The notes below the pieces were generated by a model. The model was not told where the DNA came from. It was given only the letters and a program-made list of their open reading frames with translations, and searched no databases. Below, piece after piece: positions 1 through 10,305 of a DNA stretch of 64,000 bases (within the stretch, counting starts at the first letter, position 1; every line of letters begins with the position of its first letter). The position numbers and the translations under genes are program-made. Origin of the DNA: Sedimentisphaerales bacterium (GTDB taxonomy: Bacteria; Planctomycetota; Phycisphaerae; Sedimentisphaerales; Anaerobacaceae); NCBI GenBank assembly GCA_963708075.1, contig OY970194.1:5856001-5920000 (forward strand), read 5' to 3'.

Positions 1-159
1 CGAGACGTCCTTCGCCCATTTCGTCATCAGCGGCCCGTCCGCCGGCTTCCAGGCCGCCTGGGCAGACAGGCAAAGGTGCAGAATGGCCGCCCCTGTAAGA
101 AGGACAGACACGGGACGGGCGAAAAATGTTTCGCCCCTACAAGCGGGACTCATGACCAT
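1..159 (-). CDS. 5' end of a secreted glycoside hydrolase, probably GH2 (partial, runs off the window edge)
   Basis: Manual translation gives MVMSPACRGETFFARPVSVLLTGAAILHLCLSAQAAWKPADGPLMTKWAKDVS: a signal peptide followed by a WKPAxGPLMTKWAxDVS start recalled from GH2 enzymes. AGGAGG RBS upstream. Confidence 0.6.
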   Translation of the reverse strand, partial: MVMSPACRGETFFARPVSVLLTGAAILHLCLSAQAAWKPADGPLMTKWAKDVS

Positions 160-241
160 GATGTGACCTCCTGTTTTCAAATTTGAAATTTGAGATTCGA
201 AATAGGAGGGTATCGCATGGCCACTATGTTTTCAAGGGCCA

Positions 242-299
242 GTAGGGGTGAAACATCTTTCACCCGCCCCCGGTACGGGCGAAAAATGTTTCGCCCTAC
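242..299. repeat. GTAG-type REP doublet (inverted pair); a third copy lies at 117-140
   Basis: GTAGGGGTGAAACATCTTTCACCC ... GGGCGAAAAATGTTTCGCCCTAC: terminal GTAG/CTAC plus an imperfect palindrome. Confidence 0.75.
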
Positions 300-525
300 T
301 TGAAATCCTGGGCCGGATTCGGTATCAATGGGTGACAGAGGCGCCACACGTCAGACCCGATCAGGAACGCCGTGCCGGCAACGCGTTGACAACGACATAC
401 CCGCGGCAGCAATCACCAGGCGATACCCGTGCACGTTGGCAGAAAGAGCGTAGTGAACCGTTAAGGCGGTCTTCGCGAAGCCTTGAAGATCATAGTGTCG
501 AGTTTTCCATGTAGGGAGGACGGCC

Positions 526-3141
526 ATGTGTAGAACGGTGCTCAGTCTGATGAGTTTCGCGCTGTTGCTGGGGACAGCCCGGGCCTCAGCGGACATCCAC
601 AATGACCCGGACCTTGTCATTCACTACAGTTTCAATGATTTCGACCGCATCGTGCCGGACGAGTCGGGCAAGGGTCACGACGGCACGACCCAGGGCGATG
701 TCGCCCCATTTGGTGAGCCGCATCATCGGGCGGCCAAGTTCGCCGGCAAGAGTGGAGCAGCCGGGTTCGGCTATTTCGACCTGGATGGGGAGAACTTCCC
801 CGCCCAGGACATCCCGCGCACCGGCATCACCCTTGCCGCCTGGGCCAAGTGCGACAACTCGGGCGACCACCACGCCCTTTTCAATGCCCGGGCCAATGAC
901 GCGACCTGGGTCACCCACCCGGAGCTTCGCAGCAACAACGAGTTCCGATGGCTGCTCCGCGCTGCCGGCAGTGCCGTGATCTTCGACATCCGGGCGCCGG
1001 GCGTCGTGTGGGGCGAATGGCTTCACTATGCCGGCATGTACGACAAGGCCACCAGCAAGGCGGTCCTGTACATCAACGGCAAGATTGCCGGTCAACAGAC
1101 CATCGCCAACGCCCCGGAGATCGCGGGCGATTGGGGCAAGGGGGCGCGGGTCGGAATCAATGTGGATAATGCCCGGCCCTTCACCGGGCTCATGGACGAG
1201 CTGTTCCTGTTCAAGCGGGCCCTGACGGAGACCGAGCTGAAGGAGGCGATGCAACTCCCGCCGCAACTGAAGGCCTACGGGCCGAATCCGCGCGATGGGG
1301 CGGCAAATGTGGTCATGCCGGTGCTTGAGTGGAAGGTGGGTGACACGGCGGTGCTTCACGATGTATACGTCGGCACCAACCCGGAGCTGAGCCTCGCCAC
1401 CCGTACTCGTACCACGCAGACGAAGCTTATCCTGGGCCTCAGCTCGGTATTCCCCATACTTCCAGGCACAACATACTATTGGCGAGTGGATGAGATCGAG
1501 GGCGACGGCACGACGGTTCATGAGGGCGATGTCTGGTCCTTTACCACGGCGTATCTGACGGCCTATGACCCGTCTCCCCGCAACGGCGCCAAGTGGGTCG
1601 ATACGGAGGCGGACCTCTTCTGGGTCACCGGCGCGGATGCCCTGTCACACGATATCTATTTTGGGACGGACAAGGCGGCTGTCGAGGCAAACGCGCCCGG
1701 CACGCTCAAAGCCAACCAGGCCACAACGACGTACGATCCCGGCACGCTGGTCGAGAACACCACGTACTACTGGCGGGTCGATGAGCGCACTGCTGATAAC
1801 GTGGTGCGTCGGGGCGAGCTCTGGAGCTTCACCACCATCGGTCCCGGCACAGGCGTCGTAGCCCAGTATTTCAAGGGGACGGAACTCGAAGGTATGCCCT
1901 TACTGACCCAGGTGGAAGGCCCGATCAATTATGACTGGAGCAGCGGGGTGGTCGCCGCCGGGCTCAGCGACGGTGTCTCGGCGCGCTGGACGGCCGACCT
2001 CGAAGCCCCGTTTACAGAGGCCTTCCAACTCATTACCACCAGCGACGACAGGGTCCGGCTCCGCCTGGACAACCGGCTGATCATCAACAACTGGCGCGAC
2101 CACGGCAGCACGGACGACCTGGTGAAGGTGGACCTCGTCGCCGGGCAGGTCTATCGCCTGCAGATGGAATGGGCGGACAACACCGGAAATGCAATCGCGA
2201 GACTGTGGTGGCAGAGCCCGTCGATTCTCCGGCAGATCATCCCGGCCGGCCCGCTGCAGTTGCCGGTCCGGGCCACCGGCCCCTACCCGGGCAACACCGC
2301 CCCGGGCGTGACGCAAGCGCCGATATTCCATTGGATCGCCGGTGACAAAGCCACCGGGCACGAGATCTACTTCGGCCGGGACCCGAATGCCGTGGCGAAT
2401 GCCACGACCCCCGTGGCCCGTCAGGAACGCGACGATGTGAGGTACGATCCAGGGACTCTGGAGTGGGGCGCGACCTACTACTGGCGAGTGGATGAAGTCA
2501 ATGCCGCTGATGCCGCCAGTCCCTGGAAAGGAAGCCTCTGGAGCTTCACCACGGCTGATTTCATCGTCGTGGACGACTTCGAAAGCTACACCGACGATGT
2601 TGGCCGGCGGGTTTTCCAGACGTGGATCGACGGGTACGGCTACACCGAGCCGGTAGTGGTCGAGGGCAATGGCACAGGGGCGACGGTTGGATACATCGAC
2701 CCGCCCTTCGCCGAGCAAAAGATCGTGCATACGGGCATCCAATCGATGCCGATGGCTTATGACAACACGGCCTCGCTATATTATTCTGAGGCCGAGCGGA
2801 CCTGGGCGACCCCGCAGAATTGGACGGTGAATGGCGTCGATACCCTCGTGCTATACGTGCGAGGCAAACTGACCAATGAAGCCGGTCCGTTGTACCTGGC
2901 CGTCGAGGACAACGCCGGAAAGGCCGGCGTTATCACCCATGCTGACGCGGCGGCTGTCACTGCCACGCAATGGTTCGAGTGGAAGGTCCCGCTCAGTGAC
3001 TTGACCGCGGCGGGCGTGAATGTCAAAGCGGTCAAGACGATGTCCATCGGCGTGGGTAACCGCACGGCTCCGACCAGGGGCGGGGCGGGAAGCCTCTACA
3101 TCGATGATATCCGGGTGATCAAGGGGACTCCGGGACAGTAG
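526..3141 (+). CDS. Secreted multidomain protein: LamG-like jellyroll, PA14 domain and repeated YYWRVDE modules
   Basis: 871-aa ORF with a signal peptide, LamG motifs (W.H...YD, LYING, F.G.MDE), PA14-like FxLxTTSDDxVRL, and three YYWRVDE...G.xWSFTT repeats. Confidence 0.85.
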   Translation: MCRTVLSLMSFALLLGTARASADIHNDPDLVIHYSFNDFDRIVPDESGKGHDGTTQGDVAPFGEPHHRAAKFAGKSGAAGFGYFDLDGENFPAQDIPRTGITLAAWAKCDNSGDHHALFNARANDATWVTHPELRSNNEFRWLLRAAGSAVIFDIRAPGVVWGEWLHYAGMYDKATSKAVLYINGKIAGQQTIANAPEIAGDWGKGARVGINVDNARPFTGLMDELFLFKRALTETELKEAMQLPPQLKAYGPNPRDGAANVVMPVLEWKVGDTAVLHDVYVGTNPELSLATRTRTTQTKLILGLSSVFPILPGTTYYWRVDEIEGDGTTVHEGDVWSFTTAYLTAYDPSPRNGAKWVDTEADLFWVTGADALSHDIYFGTDKAAVEANAPGTLKANQATTTYDPGTLVENTTYYWRVDERTADNVVRRGELWSFTTIGPGTGVVAQYFKGTELEGMPLLTQVEGPINYDWSSGVVAAGLSDGVSARWTADLEAPFTEAFQLITTSDDRVRLRLDNRLIINNWRDHGSTDDLVKVDLVAGQVYRLQMEWADNTGNAIARLWWQSPSILRQIIPAGPLQLPVRATGPYPGNTAPGVTQAPIFHWIAGDKATGHEIYFGRDPNAVANATTPVARQERDDVRYDPGTLEWGATYYWRVDEVNAADAASPWKGSLWSFTTADFIVVDDFESYTDDVGRRVFQTWIDGYGYTEPVVVEGNGTGATVGYIDPPFAEQKIVHTGIQSMPMAYDNTASLYYSEAERTWATPQNWTVNGVDTLVLYVRGKLTNEAGPLYLAVEDNAGKAGVITHADAAAVTATQWFEWKVPLSDLTAAGVNVKAVKTMSIGVGNRTAPTRGGAGSLYIDDIRVIKGTPGQ

Positions 3142-3246
3142 GCCTTCGGTTCAGAAAATCGAGTTTCTGAAGATCAGGCGGGGCCGGTGTTCAATCACGC
3201 CGGCCTCGCCTCTCTTTTGCGCTCCAGCGTCGGCGGCGAAAGCTTT

Positions 3247-3275
3247 TTGACATTGAATGCAGGGACCGGTATACT
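3247..3275 (+). promoter_or_regulatory. Sigma70-type promoter for galM
   Basis: TTGACA-17bp-TATACT about 40 bp upstream of the ATG at 3317. Confidence 0.65.
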
Positions 3276-3316
3276 CTTGCGATTATTCCGACTTTTCGGC
3301 AAAGGAGAAAAGGTCT

Positions 3317-4360
3317 ATGAACGCTCACACGGACCCCTTCGGGCGAATGCCCGACGGGCAGGAAGTGCACATCTACACGCTCACCAACTCCAAGGGCCTG
3401 CGGGCCAGAATCACGAACTTCGGCGCCACCCTCGTGTCCATCGAAGTGCCCGACCGGCACGGCAACCTGAGAGACGTTACCCTGGGATTCGACAGTCTTG
3501 ACCCATACATCAAGCCCAACGCCTATATCGGGGCCACGGCCGGCCGGTACGCCAATCGGATCGCCAACGCGAGGTTTGTCCTCGACGGCGTCGAATACAA
3601 GCTGACGGCCAACGAGGGACCCAACCAGTTGCACGGCGGCAAGGTCGGCTTCGACAAGAAGTTGTGGAGCACCCAGGAGGCCGTGGCTGCTGAAAACGAG
3701 GCCTGGGTCAAGATGACGTACCTCAGCCCCGACGGCGAGGAAGGCTATCCGGGCAACCTGCGCTGCACGGTCAGTTACGTCCTCACGAATGACGACGAGC
3801 TTCGCATCAGTTACGAGGCCCAGACCGATAAGAAAACCGTCGTGAATCTGACGAACCACAGCTATTGGAATCTCGGAGGGCCCGATAGCGCCAACATTCT
3901 CCGCCATGAGCTGATGATCAATGCCGGCAAGTTCACGGCGATCGACAAGAGCCTGATCCCTACGGGCATGATCGCCAGCGTGCTGGATATGCCCCTCGAC
4001 TTCACCCGGCCCCGGTTCATCGGCGAGCGCATGCACCATCTCGGCAAAGGCTACGACCACAACTACGTCCTGCGGGGCGACGCCAAGGCCATGAAGTTCT
4101 GTGCGAAGGTGCGCGAGCCGGAGAGCGGGCGGGTCATGGAAATCCATACCACCGAGCCAGGCGTCCAATTCTACACGGGCAACTATCTCGACGGCTCGCT
4201 GATCGGCAAGGGCGGCAAGCCGCTCAATAAATATGCGGGCTTCTGCCTCGAAACCCAGCATTTCCCCGATTCGCCGAATAAGCCGTCTTTCCCATCCACC
4301 GTCCTGGCGCCCGGTGAGAAGTTCACCAGCACAACGGTGCACAAGTTCTCAGTCGAGTGA
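3317..4360 (+). CDS. galM: Aldose 1-epimerase (galactose mutarotase)
   Basis: Motifs GRYANRI, LHGG, DGEEGYPG, NLTNHSYWNL, GYDHNY, FCLETQHFPDSPN. AAGGAG RBS before ATG 3317. Confidence 0.95.
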   Translation: MNAHTDPFGRMPDGQEVHIYTLTNSKGLRARITNFGATLVSIEVPDRHGNLRDVTLGFDSLDPYIKPNAYIGATAGRYANRIANARFVLDGVEYKLTANEGPNQLHGGKVGFDKKLWSTQEAVAAENEAWVKMTYLSPDGEEGYPGNLRCTVSYVLTNDDELRISYEAQTDKKTVVNLTNHSYWNLGGPDSANILRHELMINAGKFTAIDKSLIPTGMIASVLDMPLDFTRPRFIGERMHHLGKGYDHNYVLRGDAKAMKFCAKVREPESGRVMEIHTTEPGVQFYTGNYLDGSLIGKGGKPLNKYAGFCLETQHFPDSPNKPSFPSTVLAPGEKFTSTTVHKFSVE

Positions 4361-4749
4361 CCCGATTGTGGGGTACTTGTTTAGCGTGGAGCCTCCCGTT
4401 CACCTGGTGGCACCGCCATAACTCGTTGGGTTCGTCCCATCTTCTTGAGATCTGAACTACCGCAGGAGCACCCCCCTCCCGGTCGCCGAATCATCGAGGA
4501 TTGGGCCTCGCCCGAGGATCTCAGGGGCGCTGCCCCCGGGGGGACGGTCAGAACCTGCGGTCTCGGCGCTCATTGCCGACAGTCCAATCTCAAGGACTTG
4601 GGACGTTGCCAACTCGTTTGACGGTGCTCATTCGACAGTGTTTTGACCCTTCGAGACCCCACGGGCAAACGAGTCTGCCCGTGCCACCCGAGTTGAGCCT
4701 TCCGGGCCAAACACGTGCATTGCGAATTGCTGCCTCAATCCGCAATCAC

Positions 4750-6180
4750 TCACGCCAGGTACAGTCTATCTGCCGACTGGATAGGGGGAATTTTGTCCCG
4801 CTTGGTCTTGAGGTCCTGGGGCTCAAGGGCGAAGCTCGGGGCGATTTCGAGGATGCAGTCGGGGGAACCATCCTTGCGGCGGGGGACCTCGATTCCTGCG
4901 GATTCGAGCCACTTGGCCGCCCTCTCGGTCATCATCCGGCGGGTTGTCTCGACGCTGTCGGGTCCCGTTGCGTTCTTGGTGGGGGCAAATTGCTCGCTGC
5001 GCTCGATTTCGAGGATCACCGAGCGCTCGGCTATCGGCAAGGCATCGAAAATGAAGGATTCGAGCTTGATGCCGTTGGGCTCCTGTGGATCGATGTAGTT
5101 GCCCTGCAGGTCGATGCACTTGATCTTCTTGTCGGCCCTGTGCAGGGGCAGGGAAAAGCCCTCCGTATTGAGCTTCTCGATGAAGGTCCGGTTGATAATG
5201 TGGATGGCGATGCTGCCGAGGTGGAAGGCCAGCGAGCCATTTGGATTGCATTTTTCCGCGAGATGGTCGGGCAAGTCACTGTACTCGATGACTGTCATTT
5301 TGCCGTCGATGAGGCAGAAATTGCCCACCTTCTCTTTCGGGTCATTCTTTACGACCGCCTTGGACGACATCTGTGCCTCGTCGAGGGCGTGCAGACCGAT
5401 AAAAAGCGGGTCAAACGGCTTGACCAGGGGGTTATCCACCTGCCAATAGCTCAGGTATTCGATGCCGCGTTCCTCCATGTCGGCCAGGGCTCCGCTGCGC
5501 TGGAGGGCCCTGATGCACCCGCCGTGGCCGTCGGGGGAACGGGCGATTTCGGCCTTGTCGGCCAGCAGGATCCGGGCCTCAAAGTCGAAGTTGGGCAGGG
5601 TCCCCTGCTGAAAAATGAAGATATTTCGCGGATCCAGGCCGTAGAAGCGGTTGGATTCGAAGATACGGACCGTTTCCGCGTGGTTCATGGGGCTGGTCAT
5701 GATATACCAGGGGCAGGTCGTCCTGTAGCGCCGGGATACCGCTGCAATCGTCTCGGCGAAGATCTGGAAGAGGGTCTTGTGTTTGAGTGGGCTGATGGGG
5801 TAGTTGCCTTTAGGCCCGTCATACCCCAGCCGGGTCCCCTGGCCGCCGGCAACCAGCAGGCCAGCCACTTTGCCGGCCGAGATCAGTTCATTGCCCAGCC
5901 GGATCGCCTGAGCGTACTTCTGCCGTTCCTGATCATTACTCGGCTGAGGGCTGTACGATGAAGCCGGCTCGAAATCCATCTGCTGGACAGGATGCTCGGG
6001 GCGGGCCTTGATGAGAGTCTCCACCCACGGGCAGATTCTTGCCCAATCCAATTCCCGGACCTGCTCGATCAGGGCCTCTTTCCGGTCGGAGTTCAGTTCC
6101 GGCCAGAAGGTCAGCAGATGCTCCTGGTGATGCCCGGAAAGCTCGTTCCGGGCCTGTTCGAACTGTTTTTCATCCATCAT
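4750..6180 (-). CDS. UDPGP-family UDP-N-acetylglucosamine/UDP-glucose pyrophosphorylase (UAP1-like)
   Basis: LVAGGQGTRLG..GPKG, IMTS, PDGHGG, QVDNPL, EKVG, EYSDL, KLESFIFD, FAPTKN. Start set at MMDEKQ. Confidence 0.9.
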   Translation of the reverse strand: MMDEKQFEQARNELSGHHQEHLLTFWPELNSDRKEALIEQVRELDWARICPWVETLIKARPEHPVQQMDFEPASSYSPQPSNDQERQKYAQAIRLGNELISAGKVAGLLVAGGQGTRLGYDGPKGNYPISPLKHKTLFQIFAETIAAVSRRYRTTCPWYIMTSPMNHAETVRIFESNRFYGLDPRNIFIFQQGTLPNFDFEARILLADKAEIARSPDGHGGCIRALQRSGALADMEERGIEYLSYWQVDNPLVKPFDPLFIGLHALDEAQMSSKAVVKNDPKEKVGNFCLIDGKMTVIEYSDLPDHLAEKCNPNGSLAFHLGSIAIHIINRTFIEKLNTEGFSLPLHRADKKIKCIDLQGNYIDPQEPNGIKLESFIFDALPIAERSVILEIERSEQFAPTKNATGPDSVETTRRMMTERAAKWLESAGIEVPRRKDGSPDCILEIAPSFALEPQDLKTKRDKIPPIQSADRLYLA

Positions 6181-6264
6181 GCAGGTACTCCAAGTCCTTA
6201 GGGAATGGATATTAGAGCAAGCGGAAAAAATTTCAAGTTTAGCTGGCAAAATGGCGAAATTTTA

Positions 6265-6293
6265 TTGACACTGCCTTGTGGCCGTGCTAAGAT
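6265..6293 (+). promoter_or_regulatory. Sigma70-type promoter upstream of the prepilin cluster (long leader of about 360 nt)
   Basis: TTGACA-17bp-TAAGAT. Confidence 0.55.
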
Positions 6294-6662
6294 TGCCAAT
6301 GAAGGCCGGTAGGTTCGAAAAAAGGCCGTTATATTATAATTCCAGTTTCGTCATCATATTCCGTTTCGTCTGTCATATCTGAACCTGCCAGCCTGAGTAG
6401 ACGCTGTGGGCAACGTACCGTGAGGAGCATCAAAATTCGTGCCCGCACTTGAGATTCCGATAAAACGCGGTGTTTCTGTGCATTTGGATCGGCCGTTTTT
6501 CTCATGTAACCAAGGTCTATGACACGGGGTTCGCAAAACGGATATTCTGTGGTCGGGCGGCAGGAGCACTTATTCGTTAACATCGTTAGATTGGCCAAAC
6601 AAGTTCTGTAGTAGAAGAACGGCCGGACTGCGAATCTCAACAGAAGTGAAAGGAGAAAAGCA

Positions 6663-7604
6663 ATGAGAAGAAAAGGTTTCACCCTCGTTGAGCTGTTGGT
6701 GGTTATCGCCATCATCGCTCTGCTGATGGGCATTCTGATGCCGGCATTGGCGCGTGTGCGTCAGTTGGCATTCCGAATGACCTGCGGCACCAACCTGTCG
6801 GGTATCGGCAAGGCCATGCTGATCTACGCCAACGACTATGAGGATGAGCTTCCTCGAGCCGGCGGCCGTAACGGCGTATGGGGCGCCACGCCGGTCTGGA
6901 ATGGGTTGTCCCGCAACCTGGCGTTCAACATTCCGGCCACTGGCGAAGGCGGCACGGCCTCGATCAGCTCGTGCTTCTACCTGCTGGTCAAGTACTCGGA
7001 AGTGACGCCGAAGTCGTTTATCTGCAAGGGCGATGCCGGCACGAGCGAGTTCAAGCTGTCCGAGCAGCCGGGCCTGACGACCAACTTTGAGTTGATCGAT
7101 GCCTGGGACTTTGGCGCGCCGGCGGAGGCGTTGAAGCATTGCAGCTACACGTACCATGTTCCATTCTCGATGTATGCGTTAACGACCTCGAATGAGCCTG
7201 GCTTTGCGGTGGCGGCGGATCGCAACCCGTGGATCAACAGCCCTGCGGGCACGGCACAGGCGTTTCCCGGCACTCCCCCATTCAGGCCCGATGTGGTGTA
7301 CCCCGGTGGTACGGCGGGCACCAGCGATGAGGCCAAGAGGGGCAACACGGTTGGCCATCAGCTTGACGGCCAGAACGTGCTGTTCTTGGACAGCCACGTG
7401 GAGTTTGCCAAGAGGTCATACTGCTCGGTTGAGGATGACAACATCTACACGAAATCCACGGACACAACCGGTCGCGGCAGCATCATGGGAGCGTTCCCTG
7501 GAGCTGCTTCGGGCCTGGAGCCGACCAATCGTAAGGATTCCCTCCTGGTCCACGATCCGGATAACTTCGCCAGCGGCGCTGGTGGCGGCACGAAGAAACG
7601 CTAA
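6663..7604 (+). CDS. Type IV prepilin-like / T2SS pseudopilin-like protein, paralog 1
   Basis: RRKG|FTLVELLVVIAIIALL N-terminal cleavage/methylation motif, CxxNL motif, and an H-X9-DG-like motif (GHQLDGQNVLFLDSHV). Confidence 0.92.
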   Translation: MRRKGFTLVELLVVIAIIALLMGILMPALARVRQLAFRMTCGTNLSGIGKAMLIYANDYEDELPRAGGRNGVWGATPVWNGLSRNLAFNIPATGEGGTASISSCFYLLVKYSEVTPKSFICKGDAGTSEFKLSEQPGLTTNFELIDAWDFGAPAEALKHCSYTYHVPFSMYALTTSNEPGFAVAADRNPWINSPAGTAQAFPGTPPFRPDVVYPGGTAGTSDEAKRGNTVGHQLDGQNVLFLDSHVEFAKRSYCSVEDDNIYTKSTDTTGRGSIMGAFPGAASGLEPTNRKDSLLVHDPDNFASGAGGGTKKR

Positions 7605-7639
7605 TTGCGTCAGTGTTTGATTGCGTACTTTGACAAGTG

Positions 7640-7680
7640 AAAGGCGGCCTCGGGAAGTTTCCAGGGGCCGCCTTTTCTCT
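7640..7680 (+). terminator. Intrinsic terminator after prepilin paralog 1
   Basis: AAAGGCGGCC...GGCCGCCTTTTCTCT hairpin plus T-tract. Confidence 0.75.
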
Positions 7681-8153
7681 GTAACGTGTTCTTTGAAATC
7701 ACGCCGGATGATTGAGTCCTGACGATCCACGAATATATGTCGAGGGAGGCCATCCCGGAAGCGGGTGTCCTCAGGGTATCCACGAGGCGACAGGGCGGTC
7801 ACATTGCCATCTATATATAAGCCATCATCATCCATCATTCCTTCTTTTCTTTCATCCTCGGCCCGGACTCGCGCGACAAGGTTTCCCTCAATCCGTCGGA
7901 CTTCCACGAATCTCACTATTTGTCCTGAGTGAGAGCGCTTGCTCTACAGGGACAGGCAGGCCGCCTTCAGTGAGTTCCGTCGGACCGAAGCAGGTGTCAT
8001 AGTCAGTGCAGCTATCATATCCACGTCGTTTCTCATCTCTTTCGCTTTGACCTGTCTCGGTCAACACGGCCTTTCCGATCCCAGCAGTGCCGCATTTCAG
8101 AGATCTCGCCGATGAGATCGTCTCGCTGCGCTCCTAAGGAACTGACCTCAATA

Positions 8154-8233
8154 GGGGCGCCATGTCTACGCTTGCGTAGACATGCTCCGTTCGATGGGCA
8201 AGACATGCTTACGCAAGCGTAAGCATGGCACCC
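8154..8233. repeat. Palindromic repeat doublet (GCCATG...CATGGCACCC family)
   Basis: CATGTCTACGCTTGCGTAGACATG and CATGCTTACGCAAGCGTAAGCATGGCACCC in inverted arrangement. Confidence 0.7.
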
Positions 8234-8601
8234 AAGCCCGTCCTGTCTCTTCCTGACCCCAGCCGCAGTGCGGCGCAGCGACAAAGCAATCGCCTTCCCT
8301 GGCATAGCCCGGGGGACTTGCGAAATGTGGTAGTAGAGCCGCGCGGGCTCAACACGATTCTATGCCGATTCGGCCCGGCCCGGGCTCCATGCCGACCGTC
8401 TAACCACACAAGGCCACCCGGGAGACTGGCGGGCGAGAACACCACCGGGCCATGCGCATGGGAGCGCGCGCTCCCTCCGCATCCGTTGTGCCGGCTATCC
8501 GTGCGCTCACGCACACCTGCATTCATTCCTTGGCCATACCTTTGACCAGGCCGGCAGACGGTCGGACCCGCTGATCTCCCACAAAGCGAAAGGGAACGAC
8601 T

Positions 8602-9960
8602 ATGAAAACGAAAAGAGGGTTCACACTGGTCGAGCTGTTGGTCGTGATTGCGATCATCGCTCTGTTGATGGGCATCCTGATGCCCGCACTGTCAAGGGTC
8701 CGGCAGTTGGCCTTCCGGCTGACCTGCGGGACGAATCTGTCCGGCATAGGCAAGGCCATGCTGATCTATGCCAATGACTACGAGGATGAGCTTCCTCGTG
8801 CCGGCGGAAAGGACGCCCAGTGGGGTCCGCTGCCTGCGGGCGGCTGGAAAGCGGCCACCCCCACGGCCGCTTTCGGCCTCGGCGCAAGCCGGTCGGGGGG
8901 CAAGGCCACGATCAGCTCATGCTTCTACCTGCTGGTCAAGTACTCGGAGGTGACGCCCAAGTCATTCCTCTGCAAGGGCGACGCGGGCACCACGGAGTTC
9001 AAGCTGTCCGAGATGACGGGCCTGACGACGAACTTCGAGTTGATCGACGCCTGGGACTTCGGCCCGTCGGAGGAGTCCTTCAAGCATTGCAGTTACGCGT
9101 ACCATGTGCCGTTCGGGATGTACGCGCTGACGACCTCCGGCGAGCCCGGACTGGCCGTGGCGGCCGACCGCAATCCGTGGATCAAGAGTCCCGCGGCCGA
9201 TCCGACACCCTGGGGAAACTTCAAGCCCGATGTGGTGTACCCCGGTGGTACGGCGGGCACCAGCGAGCAGGCCAAGTTCGGCAACACGATTGGCCATCAG
9301 CTTGACGGTCAGAACGTGCTGTTCCTGGACAGCCACGTCGAGTTCGCCAAGAGGGCGTACTGCTCGATTGAGGACGACAACATCTACACGAAATCCATCG
9401 ACCCGGCGGGCGCGGCGGGCAAGGGGCATATCTACGGGACCAACGTTGGGGTCGGAGTCTCGGGCTTGGAACCGCTGAATCGCAAGGACTCCGTCCTGGT
9501 TCATGACCCGGACCAGTGGGGCCCCAAGGGTCGGTTCTGCTTCGCCGCAGGAACACCGGTTTGGATAGGCGGCCGGCTGGTGCCGATCTCGAAGGCATCG
9601 GTCGGCGACAGGGTTGCTGCGCATCGCGATCGCGGCATGGTTGTGCCGGCCGGGGCCTTCAACGTTGAGGCGGTTGAGGCCCATGAGGGCGTGTTCTCCG
9701 ATTCTCGGTACGTGGTTCTGGAGACCGGAGAGGTCATCCACGTAATCGGGTCGCACCGGTTTCTGCTCGACGCCGGGTCCTGGGTGGCGGTGCAAAGGCT
9801 GGAGCCCGGCTCGGCCCTGCGTACGATGGATGGATCGATCCGCGTGGCTGCAGTGATCGAGTTGACCGAGCTTTACATTGGGACTGTGTACAACCTGAAG
9901 ATCGAAAATGCGGACGAGTATCTCGTGGGCCAGGCCGGTGTCGTCGTGCGCGACTATTGA
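8602..9960 (+). CDS. Type IV prepilin-like protein, paralog 2, with a C-terminal Hint (intein-like) domain
   Basis: Same prepilin body as its neighbours (aa 1-312), then CFAAGTPV (Hint block A), IHVIGSHRFL (block B His), WVAVQRLEPG, and VYNLKIENADEYLVGQAGVVVRDY (blocks F/G). Confidence 0.9.
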   Translation: MKTKRGFTLVELLVVIAIIALLMGILMPALSRVRQLAFRLTCGTNLSGIGKAMLIYANDYEDELPRAGGKDAQWGPLPAGGWKAATPTAAFGLGASRSGGKATISSCFYLLVKYSEVTPKSFLCKGDAGTTEFKLSEMTGLTTNFELIDAWDFGPSEESFKHCSYAYHVPFGMYALTTSGEPGLAVAADRNPWIKSPAADPTPWGNFKPDVVYPGGTAGTSEQAKFGNTIGHQLDGQNVLFLDSHVEFAKRAYCSIEDDNIYTKSIDPAGAAGKGHIYGTNVGVGVSGLEPLNRKDSVLVHDPDQWGPKGRFCFAAGTPVWIGGRLVPISKASVGDRVAAHRDRGMVVPAGAFNVEAVEAHEGVFSDSRYVVLETGEVIHVIGSHRFLLDAGSWVAVQRLEPGSALRTMDGSIRVAAVIELTELYIGTVYNLKIENADEYLVGQAGVVVRDY

Positions 9961-10305
9961 CCCCGGGTGCGCTCATGCGGACGGAAATGGGATTTGTCGA
10001 CTGATGGGCTTAAGAAAGACCTTTTCTTTTCATGGTGCAGGCGGTCCCGGCCGGTACAGGTCGGGGCCGCTCTGTGCCCTGCAGTGTGCTCTTTGAGAAG
10101 TATCAGTGAGTGAGACATAGGAACTTGTGAGACCGGCGTGTGACACCTCGGCGGAGTCCTCGGGCGGGGCAGCGTTTGCCCTGCGGACCTGCCGTCCCGG
10201 CCTGGCGCGTCCCCGCGCCGTGCAGCATTCATCGAAATACCATTCTCCTACGCCGGGAGAGGGCGGCGGATCGCCGGTTCTCACACAAACTGAAAGGATA
10301 GAGAT

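Noticed and set aside
6294..6662. Riboswitch in the long prepilin leader
   Set aside because: No recognisable aptamer consensus by eye; an Rfam scan would be needed to exclude one.
9538..9960. Canonical splicing intein
   Set aside because: No terminal His-Asn/Gln, no Cys/Ser/Thr at +1 and no C-extein. Treated as a Hint/BIL-like domain instead.
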